Origin: an uncultured archaeon
GTDB lineage: Archaea; Asgardarchaeota; Lokiarchaeia; Sigyniarchaeales; SOKP01
Reading direction: 5' to 3'
DNA: 64,000 nt
NCBI GenBank assembly: GCA_964583985.1
Contig: CAZOYD010000003.1
Span: 1 to 64,000, forward strand
The position numbers were made by a program, and so were the translations under genes. Below the pieces are notes generated by a model. That model saw only the letters and a list, made by a program, of their open reading frames with translations. It did no database searches and was not told the DNA's origin. The first letter of the stretch is position 1; each line of letters starts with the position of its first letter. Below, one piece after another: positions 38,484-49,649 of the stretch.

Positions 38484-38600
38484 CAACCTTCATGAATATA
38501 AAAAGAAATTAGTTGGAATTAATCTATTTCAACGAAAAAACCTTATTAAAATCAGTTCAATATTATAATTACGGTTTGAGTTCATTCGAGGAATATAATC

Positions 38601-39791
38601 ATGAGTTCGAATATAGGTCCTGAAGCATCTGCAGCTTATGATAGATATTTAGATGCTAAAACAATCGAAGAAAAAATCAGGTGCCTTGAAGAATTTCTTT
38701 CTATCGTTCCAAAACACAAAGCAACAGAAAGAATTGTAGCTTTAAACAAATCCCGACTTTCTAAATTGAAAAGAGAACAAGAAGAAAAAAAAGAAAAGGA
38801 AAAAGCCGGGAAAAAAATAAGTCCATTTTCTATAAAAAGGGAAGGAATCCAAATAATCTTGATTAGTGATTATCACGTACCTGGAGTTGGTAAAACTTCA
38901 ATATTAAACTTATTAACTGGAGCTGCAAAAAAAAAAATTGGTAAATTCACGTCTTTACCCGAAATTGGGATATATAAAGAGCAAAAAATCAAATTTCAGA
39001 TAGTAGATATGCCTTCAATTATGGTTGGGGCTTCTGATGGAGTGGCAAATGGCAAGGAAATTCTATCTCAGATTAGATCTTGCGATCTAATAGTAATTTG
39101 CATTGATTTATCCAGAAATATAGATGATCAAATTTGCATGATAGAAAAGGAGTTACACAAATCAAATATTAGATTAAACCTTCAATCTCCTCCAATTTCA
39201 ATTGAAAAAACGGGATCTAATAAAATTCAAGTCTTCTATCTCACTGAAGAAGCAAAAAGCGTTGAAGAATTATCAGATTTTTCAGAAAAAATAAAAGAGA
39301 TTGTACATGCTAGTGGCATTAGGAATGGGATTGTAAAATTATATGGGAAAGTAACAATAGATCAAATTGTTGATGCTGTTAACCCCTCAGTTGTATATAA
39401 AAAGGCACTCATCTTGGGAACAAAGGGAGATCTCCCTTATACTCAAGAAGCTTTCGATGATTTAAAAGAACGATATTCAAGTAAATATCCCTTAATACTC
39501 GCTAGTAGCTCAAAAAAAAAAGAATTTACTCCCGAATTTGGGAAAATTATCTTAGATTTTTTAAAAAAAATTAAGGTTTTTACAAGTCATAAGGGAGTAA
39601 TAGCAGAAAAACCTTTGATTTTGGATTCGAATGTGACCATAAGAAATGTAGCAATAAAAATCCATCGCAGTTTTTATGAGAAATTTGATTATGCCGTTGT
39701 AATTAGAGAAGGAGCAAGACAATATCGAAAGAAGGTAGGATTAGATTTTAAAGTTGAGGATAATGATATCATAGAATTATTTACAAAATGA
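38601..39791 (+). CDS. DRG/OBG-family GTPase-like protein with TGS domain (degenerate G motifs)
   Basis: PKHKATE N-terminus, VGKT, QIVDMP, C-terminal TGS (VAIKIH...KVGLD...DNDIIE). Confidence 0.87.
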   Translation: MSSNIGPEASAAYDRYLDAKTIEEKIRCLEEFLSIVPKHKATERIVALNKSRLSKLKREQEEKKEKEKAGKKISPFSIKREGIQIILISDYHVPGVGKTSILNLLTGAAKKKIGKFTSLPEIGIYKEQKIKFQIVDMPSIMVGASDGVANGKEILSQIRSCDLIVICIDLSRNIDDQICMIEKELHKSNIRLNLQSPPISIEKTGSNKIQVFYLTEEAKSVEELSDFSEKIKEIVHASGIRNGIVKLYGKVTIDQIVDAVNPSVVYKKALILGTKGDLPYTQEAFDDLKERYSSKYPLILASSSKKKEFTPEFGKIILDFLKKIKVFTSHKGVIAEKPLILDSNVTIRNVAIKIHRSFYEKFDYAVVIREGARQYRKKVGLDFKVEDNDIIELFTK

Positions 39792-39795
39792 ATAA

Positions 39796-40743
39796 TCAAT
39801 CAAGATATTCTTCAATGTCATCACTCATGACTAAAATATTTTGAATTGTTTGAGAGATTTCTTCTTCAGGCACATTTTCCTTATCAATCAGTTTATTTGC
39901 CATATCTCTATAGAGTTCCCATCCCTCTTCTTTTAATAATCGTAATTTTGTGCTAAATGAATATAGACTTAAATAAGTATCTTTATAATCTCCTGCTGAA
40001 ATGAGTTTAGATCCTAATTTTTCAATTGCATCATTTAATGTTGCCTTCATGTTTTTCAAGTAGTATTTTAATTTAAATTTGGCATCTTTGATTTCATTTT
40101 TTATACGATTTACCTCATTTTGATATTTTAGAAACGTGTTCTCATCATGTAATTGTTCTGATAGTTCTACCACTTTTTCTGATAATGCCAAGTTCCTGGG
40201 TAATAATGGAGACTTTTCAATTTTATAAATTAATAGATCTCTTTCTTGAATTAAATTTTCACGAGCTTCTTCAGATAATTGTTTTCTGTGCGCCCACATT
40301 GATTTTAAAACTTGATCAGGCTTTTCTAAAAGTGTTTTTCTTACATTTTTAATATTTTCTAATACTAATTCAGTTAGAGGAAGTTCTAAAATATCAAACT
40401 CCTTACGATCTCCATCCCATGAAAGAAATTGAGCTTCAAATTTATTTAATAATTTCAGTAATTTAGGGAGGAGCTTATTAACTGTCTTGATATCTTCCTT
40501 ATCAGTAATTATTACTACATCAACATCAATTCTCTTAATCGAAGATAAAACTATGCTATATTCTCCTAAATCAATATTTTTTAACTTATTAGCTTCATCA
40601 ATTATTATCTCGGAAACAAATGATTTTATAGCAGCAAAGAAAGAACCAAATAACTCTATTTTTCCCGTGTTTAATTCTTGAAAATTTTGATCGTAGATTA
40701 ATAATCCACTGCTAGCTTGGTAGAGAAAGATCGAGTAAATCAT
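39796..40743 (-). CDS. Longin-like domain plus helical region
   Basis: IYSIFLYQASSGLLIY...LFGSFFAAIKSFVSEI longin pattern. Confidence 0.72.
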   Translation of the reverse strand: MIYSIFLYQASSGLLIYDQNFQELNTGKIELFGSFFAAIKSFVSEIIIDEANKLKNIDLGEYSIVLSSIKRIDVDVVIITDKEDIKTVNKLLPKLLKLLNKFEAQFLSWDGDRKEFDILELPLTELVLENIKNVRKTLLEKPDQVLKSMWAHRKQLSEEARENLIQERDLLIYKIEKSPLLPRNLALSEKVVELSEQLHDENTFLKYQNEVNRIKNEIKDAKFKLKYYLKNMKATLNDAIEKLGSKLISAGDYKDTYLSLYSFSTKLRLLKEEGWELYRDMANKLIDKENVPEEEISQTIQNILVMSDDIEEYLD

Positions 40744-40981
40744 GAGATAATGCCATGAAAAAACTTTTTAAGATTAGGAATGAATAATATTCATGTCTAT
40801 TTTTATAAATCAATTAATTACTAAATATGTTATTTTATTTTTTTTTAATTTTTATGGATCTATTATGATTAATTTATCATACATTTTTTATTGGAGGATA
40901 TCAACAATAAATTTTCATAGTTAATTATTTTAAAATAATTTTCTATAAAACAGTTAGAGAATAAAAATAAAATTAAATAAG

Positions 40982-41503
40982 GTGTATATTACGCGCGTAC
41001 CTTCATTCCTTTTAAAAAGTTTTATGAAAATAGAATTAGATGGAGAGTATATAGAATTTTCCATAAAATTTGCATCCGTAAATCGTAATTTAGAAGAAGA
41101 ATTAATGGGGTTAAATATAACAATAGATGGAACTGTCATTTTTGATATAGACCTCATCCCTAATAATTTTCATATAAGATTGAACGATATCTTTTATAAT
41201 AATCAAGATCTTTTTAAAATTTATAATAAAAAAATATCTACATTAGATAAATTCGTTTTAATTATCCCTAATAGTTCAAATATTATAGCAGGTAAACATA
41301 AAATATCTTTTTATAGTAAAATATCGAATTTGACAGTGACAACCAGACTAATAATAAATGAAAAACCCGAATATTCTCCAATTCAAGAAAAATTTCAAAA
41401 TGAATTACATCATCATAGATATTGTCCATTATGTAAAAATATGGTTACTGAAGAAAATCAGAAGTTTTGTGAATTTTGCGGGTATGAACTCATTAAAAGT
41501 TGA
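40982..41503 (+). CDS. Hypothetical protein with C-terminal zinc ribbon
   Basis: CPLC...FCEFCG; start uncertain. Confidence 0.65.
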   Translation: MYITRVPSFLLKSFMKIELDGEYIEFSIKFASVNRNLEEELMGLNITIDGTVIFDIDLIPNNFHIRLNDIFYNNQDLFKIYNKKISTLDKFVLIIPNSSNIIAGKHKISFYSKISNLTVTTRLIINEKPEYSPIQEKFQNELHHHRYCPLCKNMVTEENQKFCEFCGYELIKS

Positions 41504-41553
41504 GTATAAATTTCAAACTTTGAAGATATAAGCGAATTCCACGTTAAATTTCT

Positions 41554-44217
41554 TCAATTCTTAATTCTTTCAATAATTTCTGGAATCTCAATAAGTTCCC
41601 TCTTATAATCAGGATCCAAATTAGGAAGACCTTTAGAAATGTTAAACAAGCTCTCAAATGAATATATTAGACTCTCGAGGTAATCGATGATATCACCTTT
41701 AAACACTTGGATGCTATATTCCTCCATCAAGTAATCACTTATATCATCAATAGATAAGTGATTTTTAGTGCGCAAGTTTAAAATTATCTTTTCTAGATTG
41801 AGTCTTCCACATGCGCAATAAGGATTGTCCTTGCAACTACAATTAAAAAAATCTGAAGTCCATTTAATTATTAAATTTATGAAACTCTCCGAAAATTTCT
41901 TTCTTTTACGCACGTATTCAGCATTCATTAGACTTAGCACGCTATTACTGAAAAAATTATTGGAAAAGTATTTCATATTCACATTTCGGGATAAATCAGC
42001 AACTATTTTCTTAGATAGATATACATTTTTCAATGGTTTAAGATCTAATACGATCTCGATGATTGACTCTTTCTTATTTCTTAACTTATTAACTAAATCT
42101 AATCCTTGCTCTATTGTTAGAAAAGATTTTGCTACTGCTATTCCTAAATTTGTAATTTTAAAAGAGGCTTGTTTTCTTTCAATCAATTTCATTTTATCTA
42201 ATTCTTTGATAAAAGAATCTAAATCATAATTTCCATTGAGTAAATAATTATTAAATCTTAATACATCTGTTTTTTCAATACAATCTTGGAAGATAGAGAA
42301 AAATGCAAGTAATTCAGTAAGAGAGCGATCTGCATTAGGATCTAATTGGTAATCTTTTATTTTACCATTTAACAACGAAATTGCAATGTTTTCTTCTGTC
42401 AATTTCAATTTAGGAGAGTAAATTTTACTAGGTTCAATGAGAAGATAAGCCAATCCTTTTTCATGTTTCTTCAATCTTCCAGCTCGACCCAACATCTGTT
42501 CGAATTCAGCAACAGTCAGAATTTTGATCCCCATCCCTAATGATTCAAAAATGACTTGCTCTGCGGGAAAATCCACTCCTGCCGCTAATGCTGCGGTTGC
42601 TACTACAGCAGAGACTTTCTGCGTTTGAAATTCAAACTCTACACTTTTACGTTCTTCGTATGTTAAGCCAGAATGATAAGGACGTGCATTAATTTGTTTA
42701 GTAAGCAAATAATTCGCTAAAGCTTCACATTTTTTCCTAGTGTTGGTAAATACAATAGTCTGACCTTTAAATCCATATATTGATGTTCTGGAATAAGCAG
42801 ACCTAATAAGCTTAACAATATACTTATATTTCACGCTTTCATTTAGACATAATAACAAGTGTCGTTCAATCGGGACGGGTCTATTGTTATATCTAATTAA
42901 AATGCATCCCAAATTATCAGCAAGATCTTGAGGCGCTCCAATTGTGGCACTCAGATACAAAAATTGACTTTTAGGGTATAAAAATTTTAAACGAGCAATT
43001 AATCCATCCAAAAGAAAACCTCTCTCATCATCGATTAAAGTCTGAATCTCATCGATAATAATTGTACCAATTTGTCCTAAAAATTGCTTATTTCCGCTTC
43101 TTAAAATGTAATCTATAGCCTCATATGTAGCAATTATGATATTAGCGTCCATTAAATCATTTAGATTATCGTTATCACGGTTTTCAAGGATAGATTCTCC
43201 AACTTTTTTAATTATTTTTAAATTTAAACCATTGTATTTCTTATTAAATTCTTCAGTTCTAACATTTGCAAGTGCGACGATTGGGACTAAATATAACATA
43301 CTGTTTTTATTAGTGAGAACACGTGAGATACCGGCTAATTCAGCGACTAAAGTCTTTCCTGCTGATGTAGGTGCCATGATCAACTGATTTATCCCCTCAT
43401 ATATCAATCCTTTATCAATAGCAATTGCTTGAATCGGTAAAAGGGTATTTATATTCTGTTTAATTAACAGTTTCTTAAAATCATCAGGTATCGACACATC
43501 TGCAATTTTTAAATTCAGATACTTCTTACTCACGGTAGGTGTTTTCTCTATATCATATAATGTTAATTCTTTATTCTTGATTGGATCAAATCCCATTTTA
43601 AATGATTTGATTACTTTATCCACATTCCTGAATTTTAGAATCATGTGATTAAAAAAATTCTTTAGTTTAGGATCCAATTTATCTTGACCAACTAATCCTG
43701 AAAAAACTGCTTCTTTTATAATTAATTCAAGAGCACAATTCGAACAAATGATTTCATTATGATATGATTGTATCTTCTGTTTCTTACTCAGAATTTTAAA
43801 TTTTCTTTTGTTCAAACAAGATTTACAAAACGTCAATTCAATAATCATTCTTTGATCAAACTGTAAGTTCTCAAGCATGCTAGCAACTGGACTAAAATCA
43901 TTTCTATCAGTTTGACTTGAAAATGCCACAAATCGATTTTTATCTGCTAATAAAAATTTCTTAAATAGGCGTGGATCAAGAGGCTCAGTAGAACCATCCT
44001 TTTGAATCTTCGTAAAATTAACAGGTCTCATTTTATTTTTAAAATCTAACCCAAATACAACAGATCCTTGAAAAAATGGCTTATTTATGTACGAAAAAGT
44101 AAAATTCTTCTCTTTAAATGATTTCAAGTAGAAAAAATTGATATCAAATAGAGGATCCTGCAAATTTGCTTGATTTCGATTTAATACAATAAAAAAATCC
44201 CTTGAAACCAAGCTCAT
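41554..44217 (-). CDS. Archaea-specific Ski2-like SF2 helicase
   Basis: PTSAGKT, DEIQ, SAT, QMLGRAGR; N-terminal CxxC pairs; C-terminal CSC..NPYCACG. Confidence 0.9.
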   Translation of the reverse strand: MSLVSRDFFIVLNRNQANLQDPLFDINFFYLKSFKEKNFTFSYINKPFFQGSVVFGLDFKNKMRPVNFTKIQKDGSTEPLDPRLFKKFLLADKNRFVAFSSQTDRNDFSPVASMLENLQFDQRMIIELTFCKSCLNKRKFKILSKKQKIQSYHNEIICSNCALELIIKEAVFSGLVGQDKLDPKLKNFFNHMILKFRNVDKVIKSFKMGFDPIKNKELTLYDIEKTPTVSKKYLNLKIADVSIPDDFKKLLIKQNINTLLPIQAIAIDKGLIYEGINQLIMAPTSAGKTLVAELAGISRVLTNKNSMLYLVPIVALANVRTEEFNKKYNGLNLKIIKKVGESILENRDNDNLNDLMDANIIIATYEAIDYILRSGNKQFLGQIGTIIIDEIQTLIDDERGFLLDGLIARLKFLYPKSQFLYLSATIGAPQDLADNLGCILIRYNNRPVPIERHLLLCLNESVKYKYIVKLIRSAYSRTSIYGFKGQTIVFTNTRKKCEALANYLLTKQINARPYHSGLTYEERKSVEFEFQTQKVSAVVATAALAAGVDFPAEQVIFESLGMGIKILTVAEFEQMLGRAGRLKKHEKGLAYLLIEPSKIYSPKLKLTEENIAISLLNGKIKDYQLDPNADRSLTELLAFFSIFQDCIEKTDVLRFNNYLLNGNYDLDSFIKELDKMKLIERKQASFKITNLGIAVAKSFLTIEQGLDLVNKLRNKKESIIEIVLDLKPLKNVYLSKKIVADLSRNVNMKYFSNNFFSNSVLSLMNAEYVRKRKKFSESFINLIIKWTSDFFNCSCKDNPYCACGRLNLEKIILNLRTKNHLSIDDISDYLMEEYSIQVFKGDIIDYLESLIYSFESLFNISKGLPNLDPDYKRELIEIPEIIERIKN

Positions 44218-44328
44218 TTAAAAAACCATTTTACTCATTACTATTATGAGATACAATGAACCAATCTAAATCAACTTTATGATATAATAACAATGAAAAG
44301 AAGAAAAAGAAATTCTATTTGTAAAGAA

Positions 44329-44496
44329 TTAAAATCCAAATACTTTTTTAATTTTATCATAAATTTCTTTAATCTGACGGAGCTTTGCCTCATCTCCTTG
44401 AGTAAGATAATAATTAATCCAGTCTGCAAGCCCCCCGCCGTTAGGTTGCATCCATTGGATAAAATACTCCACTGCTTGACGTTCTTCTGCTGACAT
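44329..44496 (-). CDS. Small 55-aa hypothetical protein (not in ORF track)
   Basis: MSAEERQAVEYFIQWMQPNGGGLADWINYYLTQGDEAKLRQIKEIYDKIKKVFGF; GC-richer island in AT-rich DNA, TATA-like sequence upstream, T-rich tract downstream. Confidence 0.7.
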   Translation of the reverse strand: MSAEERQAVEYFIQWMQPNGGGLADWINYYLTQGDEAKLRQIKEIYDKIKKVFGF

Positions 44497-44710
44497 GGCT
44501 TATACTCAGAAATTTACTCTATAATTATTTAATAATTATTTTTTCAATCTATATAAATTTATAAATTATTCCAATTTAACTATTTACAATTCGAAATTTA
44601 AGTCGATTCTACACATATTAGTATAAATAATTTTAAAATCAAGATCGTATTCTATATCTTTACTATTTGAATTCAAGTATAAAACATAGATTAATAGAGG
44701 TCCAATAATA

Positions 44711-45667
44711 ATGTCAGTAAAAATAAAAACTCCCAATCTAGACGCTATCTTCGAAAAGTGGAAACAAACTACTGTTCGCAAAGACCGAAAAAAGATGGAG
44801 AAGCAGTTCGGTACTAAAGGGGCCGTTTTCACTTTGGACGCAATAAGTGCTGCTGAATATGTTAAAGACACGATGAAAGAAGCAGCAATTTATTTTGCTG
44901 TTAAGAAGTCTCTAGGTCCTGTTGCTGAAGGAAAGGATGAAAAGACTGTAGTTGCTTCAAAAGTAGCTCGAGGTGAATATTACTCTCTCAAGGGATCTGG
45001 ACAAGTCACCAAGGATAATTGGAAGGGCGATGAGTTAGTTCCGATGTATGAAACGATTCAATCAGTTACATGTAAGAAGTGCAATGGAAAGGGTTATATA
45101 GAAGACAAATGCAAAGCGTGTAATGGAACGGGCAAAATTCAAGAAGATGTACTCGTATATGTCGGTGAGGAACAAAAAAAAGAGAAAAAAACATTTACAT
45201 ATCCTTGTGGTGCATGTTACGGAACTGGAAATCGAACTGAGCATTGTAAGGAATGTGATGGGCATAAAAATTTGTATAAATACCAAATTCTTCCGGTTCC
45301 GTTTAAAACAGTTATTACCGGTGTCCCAGTGCTACATAGTAGTGCTCAAACGAAATATGAAAAGGAGATGGGTGATGATTTACATAAGATGCTTGAAGAA
45401 GTCGAAGGAATTAAATTTTCAGATTTCAAGACTTTAGATTCTAAAGCTGAAGCATCCTTGGGTTACTGGAATAAAAACATAAAGAAAACAATCTCCTCTG
45501 CGGGAAGCGATTATAAAACTCATGAGAAGGACAAGGATTCCCAAATTACTACACAAATTTATCTGTTTCCGATGATTCAAATGTTCTGCGAAACCAAAAA
45601 AGGCAGTAAGTTCGAGATCTACTCGATTGGGTCTGATACCAAATTTATGATATACTCTAACTTCTAA
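44711..45667 (+). CDS. DnaJ-type zinc-finger protein lacking a J domain (SSUH2-like)
   Basis: CKKCNGKG, CKACNGTG, CGACYGTG, CKECDGHK; no HPD motif. Confidence 0.78.
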   Translation: MSVKIKTPNLDAIFEKWKQTTVRKDRKKMEKQFGTKGAVFTLDAISAAEYVKDTMKEAAIYFAVKKSLGPVAEGKDEKTVVASKVARGEYYSLKGSGQVTKDNWKGDELVPMYETIQSVTCKKCNGKGYIEDKCKACNGTGKIQEDVLVYVGEEQKKEKKTFTYPCGACYGTGNRTEHCKECDGHKNLYKYQILPVPFKTVITGVPVLHSSAQTKYEKEMGDDLHKMLEEVEGIKFSDFKTLDSKAEASLGYWNKNIKKTISSAGSDYKTHEKDKDSQITTQIYLFPMIQMFCETKKGSKFEIYSIGSDTKFMIYSNF

Positions 45668-45765
45668 TTTTTTTATTATTTTTAAATATTAATTTAATTT
45701 TTAATAGATATTTTTTAAGTAAATTGAAATTTATAGAATTAACTGCAAAATCTAGTTGATCTAAT

Positions 45766-46935
45766 GTGAATGATTTTAATTATTATCATCCCACTCGAAT
45801 TCAATTTGGATGGGGTCGAATAAATGAGATTGGAAAAAATGTTGTTCGAAATGGGAAAAAATGCCTTTTAGTTACTGTAAAACCATTTCCGGCTATGGAA
45901 GGTTTATTCACTAAGGTGAAGCGATTATGTGAAGAAGCAGGAGTTGATGTTATTCATTATGATGGAGCTATTCCAGAACCTAATGATGAATGCGTGAACA
46001 TTGGATCAGAAATTGCCATAGAAGAGAAGGTAGATATGATTGTTGGGGTTGGAGGCGGGTCAACGATTGATACTGCAAAAGCGATTGCTGTCGGTGCTAC
46101 TCATGATGGAAGTGTATGGGATTATAGGCTTGGTCAAAAAAGAATTGATGGCAAGAAAATACTGCCCATAATTGCAGTGCCTACAACGGGTGGTACAGGT
46201 TCAGAAGTGACTAATATGGCAGTAATAAAAAATAAAGAAGATAAAATTAAATCTGCTCTTGCAAGCTGGGATCTTACTCCAAGTATAGCTTTAATTGATC
46301 CTGAACTTACATTAACAGTACCCCCGAATATAACTGCTTCGACAGGTTTTGATGCATTTACTCACTGTCTTGAAACATTTATCAATATAAATTCCTCAGA
46401 TTTCATAGATCTCTTCGCTCTGGAAGGATTAAAAAAAACAATTAAGTATCTCCCAATTGCAGTTAAAAATGGGTCCAATCGAGAAGCAAGAGAAGCACTC
46501 TCGTTTGCAGCAAATTTAGGTGGACTTTGCATCTCGAATATAGGAACCACGCTCCCTCATGGAATCGCAATGGCGCTTGGAGGGCATAGCTCAGGAATTT
46601 CTCATGGTCAATCTCTGGCAATTTTATACCCTGAAATAAATCGGTGGACTTGGAAACATGCTATTAAAAAATATGCCATTATTGGACGCTTATTTAATCA
46701 AGATTTGGAGAATGTAAATGAGAAAACAGCGGCTGAAAAATGTTGTGAAGAGATTGACTCATTCTTGAAAATAATCGGCTTATGGAGTAACTTAGAAGAT
46801 AAAAATGTCTCTATCCATGAATTCGGAAGTATAGTAGAAGATACTCTAAAATTACGTAATTATAGTCTTCATCCAAAAATCGCGACATCTGAGAATGTTA
46901 TGGATTTACTCAATCGAAGTTATAAAAGAAATTGA
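45766..46935 (+). CDS. Iron-containing alcohol dehydrogenase
   Basis: GGGSTIDTAK, PTTGGTGSE, DAFTH, PHG, SHG. Confidence 0.93.
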   Translation: MNDFNYYHPTRIQFGWGRINEIGKNVVRNGKKCLLVTVKPFPAMEGLFTKVKRLCEEAGVDVIHYDGAIPEPNDECVNIGSEIAIEEKVDMIVGVGGGSTIDTAKAIAVGATHDGSVWDYRLGQKRIDGKKILPIIAVPTTGGTGSEVTNMAVIKNKEDKIKSALASWDLTPSIALIDPELTLTVPPNITASTGFDAFTHCLETFININSSDFIDLFALEGLKKTIKYLPIAVKNGSNREAREALSFAANLGGLCISNIGTTLPHGIAMALGGHSSGISHGQSLAILYPEINRWTWKHAIKKYAIIGRLFNQDLENVNEKTAAEKCCEEIDSFLKIIGLWSNLEDKNVSIHEFGSIVEDTLKLRNYSLHPKIATSENVMDLLNRSYKRN

Positions 46936-47006
46936 TATATTTCAAATCCTTAACGTTCCAATGAGCCTTATTTCAAATTCGATGGATATTAACTCAAATG
47001 AGTTCT

Positions 47007-49604
47007 TTATTCTAAAATGCCATATCTATTAAAAATCTTGACCGTGAGTTTTACTAACCATCTTAATTTTGCAGGGGTTTTGCTAAAGATGGTATTAAAT
47101 GACGCTAGATATTCATTTTCCTTGGAATGTAATCCTTTTTCAAAATTTGGATAAGTGAGACCGCCTGTCAACTTTGGAGGTTTTCCAAAACTTTTAACTT
47201 TTTTCCACCCTTGAGAAGGATCTTTCGAACCTGACCACGTTTTATCTGTTTTAACTCGAAGGGTCTCTCCAGAAATGAATTTAATCTCTCCATATAAATT
47301 GACCAATCCCAAACCTCCGATATAATCGGTGTTTTTTAAGAGAACTTCATTCTCTCCTTTTTTTAAAAATGGTTTTATATCAAAGATTTGAATATTATTT
47401 TCAAGCACGACATAGTTGAGTGTATGGCGTGTAATTACTTTACCTATTAAGGAGTTGTTGATGTAGATTTCACAAAAAGTTCCACCTATGACTTGAATGA
47501 TCGCATCTTGAATTTCTTCCTCCTCAATTAATATGTTTTTTTTAAAATAACTAATTTTAAAAGAATTATTTCTGCGATCTCTTGTATATATTGATTCACT
47601 AGGTATGTTTGGGTCTTTCCACTCTATATTTTCTTTTAAATCTTGTATTTTATCTTCATAAAATTGGATTAGCCAAAGATACTGTTGTTTAATTGAAGAA
47701 AAACCATCTGATTTTGACATCTTCAACCATAATTGTTCATATTCTTCTAATAAATTTCTCAATTCGTCCCGAATGGTTACAATCTCTTTTATAATAGTAC
47801 TTTTATACTTTTGACTGGCATGTTTAACGGAAAAATCAACAAGTTTTTTGGAATTAATTCTTTTTAAGCAATAAAATCGCATATGCTTTAGAACAAATGC
47901 AAGAGACTGAATAAGTAATTGGTTATCCTGAAAATTTCCAACATTTTCATCAAATATTTGGATCATGTTATCTAATTCTTTAATCAACTTGTCAAATTGA
48001 TTGGTTTTTATGTTCCGTTTATATTTTTTAGTATTACTTGCATAGGGATGGCTAAAGAAATGATTGTAATAAAAGGTAGGTCTCACTCGTAATTTTTTTT
48101 TATCTTGAATTGTTCTAATTTTATTGAATACGGTTAAAAGTTGGGCATGATTTGCACCAAAGAGATACAGAAACGCTCCTTTCCAAAAGTTTAATAAATT
48201 GATCGTTTTTTTTGGATTCCATCCTACTTCTGCTGAATATACAAACCCAAAAAGGCGGTTTTCTCTTAATTCTTTATTCTTGTAGTCTCCCCAACTCGAG
48301 GTAACTTCTCCTTCTATTCCCCTCATATAACCATATGAAACTAAATTGCTAATATTTTTTTCGAAATTAGTGATTGCTGGAAAAATCCTATTATAATCCC
48401 AAATTGAGGGGCATACCAAAACTGGAAATTTGAATTCACGTAATGAATCAATGATTGGATGTTCCTCTTTAAGGTTATATTTCCAATACATAATTATCAT
48501 GTCTTCAGGTAAATTCTTCAAGATTTCTTTATATTTATATAAAATATCATGGTAAATGATGATTTTCTCATATCCATGCTTCTTAGCAATATCATAAACT
48601 TTGTTATAATGTTGAAAGTAAGCTTCTCCTTTACCAATTTTTGAAATATAATCGTGAGACGCTCCTTTTCCGACATCCCAACTTTCATCCGCTGCCATGT
48701 GGAAATATTTTGAGATAAAAACAGTGCTTAATTCTCCTATCATCTCGTCTAATAAGTCATAAATTCCATTGTTGGCAATATTCAAGCTATTGGAAGCAGG
48801 AAATTCTCCATATTTCCAATACTTTTCTTGATATAATATATTTTCCCAATGTCCTATTGTTTGAAATATGGGTATGATATCAACAAATCGTTTGCTTGCA
48901 AATTCTACTAAGTCTTTAATTTCCTCTTTAGTATATGCTCCTCTACCTTTCCCAATCTCTTCATAATTTTTAAAATGGAACATATCTTGCATGTAAACGA
49001 GATAATATTGATTGATTTTGAAGCTACTTAAAATTTGAACAAATTTTTTTAAATTTTCTATGGTTGCTGCTTGTCCACGAGAAATGTCATCAGAGATTCC
49101 ACGTATTTGTAATAAAGGGTAATCAATGATGATGAATTGATCAATTATTGGGTTATTATGATGAGCTATTAGAATTTGTGTAAGAGTTTGTATGGCGTAA
49201 AATAATCCTTGCAAGGATTTCGCTATAATCAAGATAATAGAACCCTTGGAAATGATGATATAACCTTGTTCTTTCATATTTTTAATATTCATTAAACTTT
49301 CCAGATTTAGATTTGGGAACTCTCGTGAACAGGTTACAAGAGGATCCTCTAAATAATTAATATCTTTCAAATTACTGAGGAAATTTTCATCTAATTTCTT
49401 TTTTAAACCACAAGAAAATAGTTGGTCTTGGAACTGTTCTAATAAAAATGAGTGATTTTGAGGAATATCTGAGTATATTATTGTTTCTTCCACAATTTTA
49501 TACATAATATTGTCAAATCGTTTAAAATGTCTAGGTCGTGGAATTAAAAATGGTTCTTCCCCATCATTTTTAATTTTGATGAGATTTTCGAGGTAGATAA
49601 ACAT
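47007..49604 (-). CDS. GH20 beta-N-acetylhexosaminidase-like glycoside hydrolase
   Basis: [12 protein letters not shown]...RG..DDISRG, YTKEEI, FHMAADE catalytic pair; C-terminal beta-sandwich. Confidence 0.88.
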   Translation of the reverse strand: MFIYLENLIKIKNDGEEPFLIPRPRHFKRFDNIMYKIVEETIIYSDIPQNHSFLLEQFQDQLFSCGLKKKLDENFLSNLKDINYLEDPLVTCSREFPNLNLESLMNIKNMKEQGYIIISKGSIILIIAKSLQGLFYAIQTLTQILIAHHNNPIIDQFIIIDYPLLQIRGISDDISRGQAATIENLKKFVQILSSFKINQYYLVYMQDMFHFKNYEEIGKGRGAYTKEEIKDLVEFASKRFVDIIPIFQTIGHWENILYQEKYWKYGEFPASNSLNIANNGIYDLLDEMIGELSTVFISKYFHMAADESWDVGKGASHDYISKIGKGEAYFQHYNKVYDIAKKHGYEKIIIYHDILYKYKEILKNLPEDMIIMYWKYNLKEEHPIIDSLREFKFPVLVCPSIWDYNRIFPAITNFEKNISNLVSYGYMRGIEGEVTSSWGDYKNKELRENRLFGFVYSAEVGWNPKKTINLLNFWKGAFLYLFGANHAQLLTVFNKIRTIQDKKKLRVRPTFYYNHFFSHPYASNTKKYKRNIKTNQFDKLIKELDNMIQIFDENVGNFQDNQLLIQSLAFVLKHMRFYCLKRINSKKLVDFSVKHASQKYKSTIIKEIVTIRDELRNLLEEYEQLWLKMSKSDGFSSIKQQYLWLIQFYEDKIQDLKENIEWKDPNIPSESIYTRDRRNNSFKISYFKKNILIEEEEIQDAIIQVIGGTFCEIYINNSLIGKVITRHTLNYVVLENNIQIFDIKPFLKKGENEVLLKNTDYIGGLGLVNLYGEIKFISGETLRVKTDKTWSGSKDPSQGWKKVKSFGKPPKLTGGLTYPNFEKGLHSKENEYLASFNTIFSKTPAKLRWLVKLTVKIFNRYGILE

Positions 49605-49649
49605 AATTTGATATATTGAAGGAGCTAAAATAAGGATTTGGAGTTATAT

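Noticed and set aside
44293-44493. Listed + strand 66-aa ORF, or an RNA gene in the GC-richer island
   Set aside because: No tRNA or other recognisable RNA fold; the minus-strand 55-aa ORF is more protein-like.
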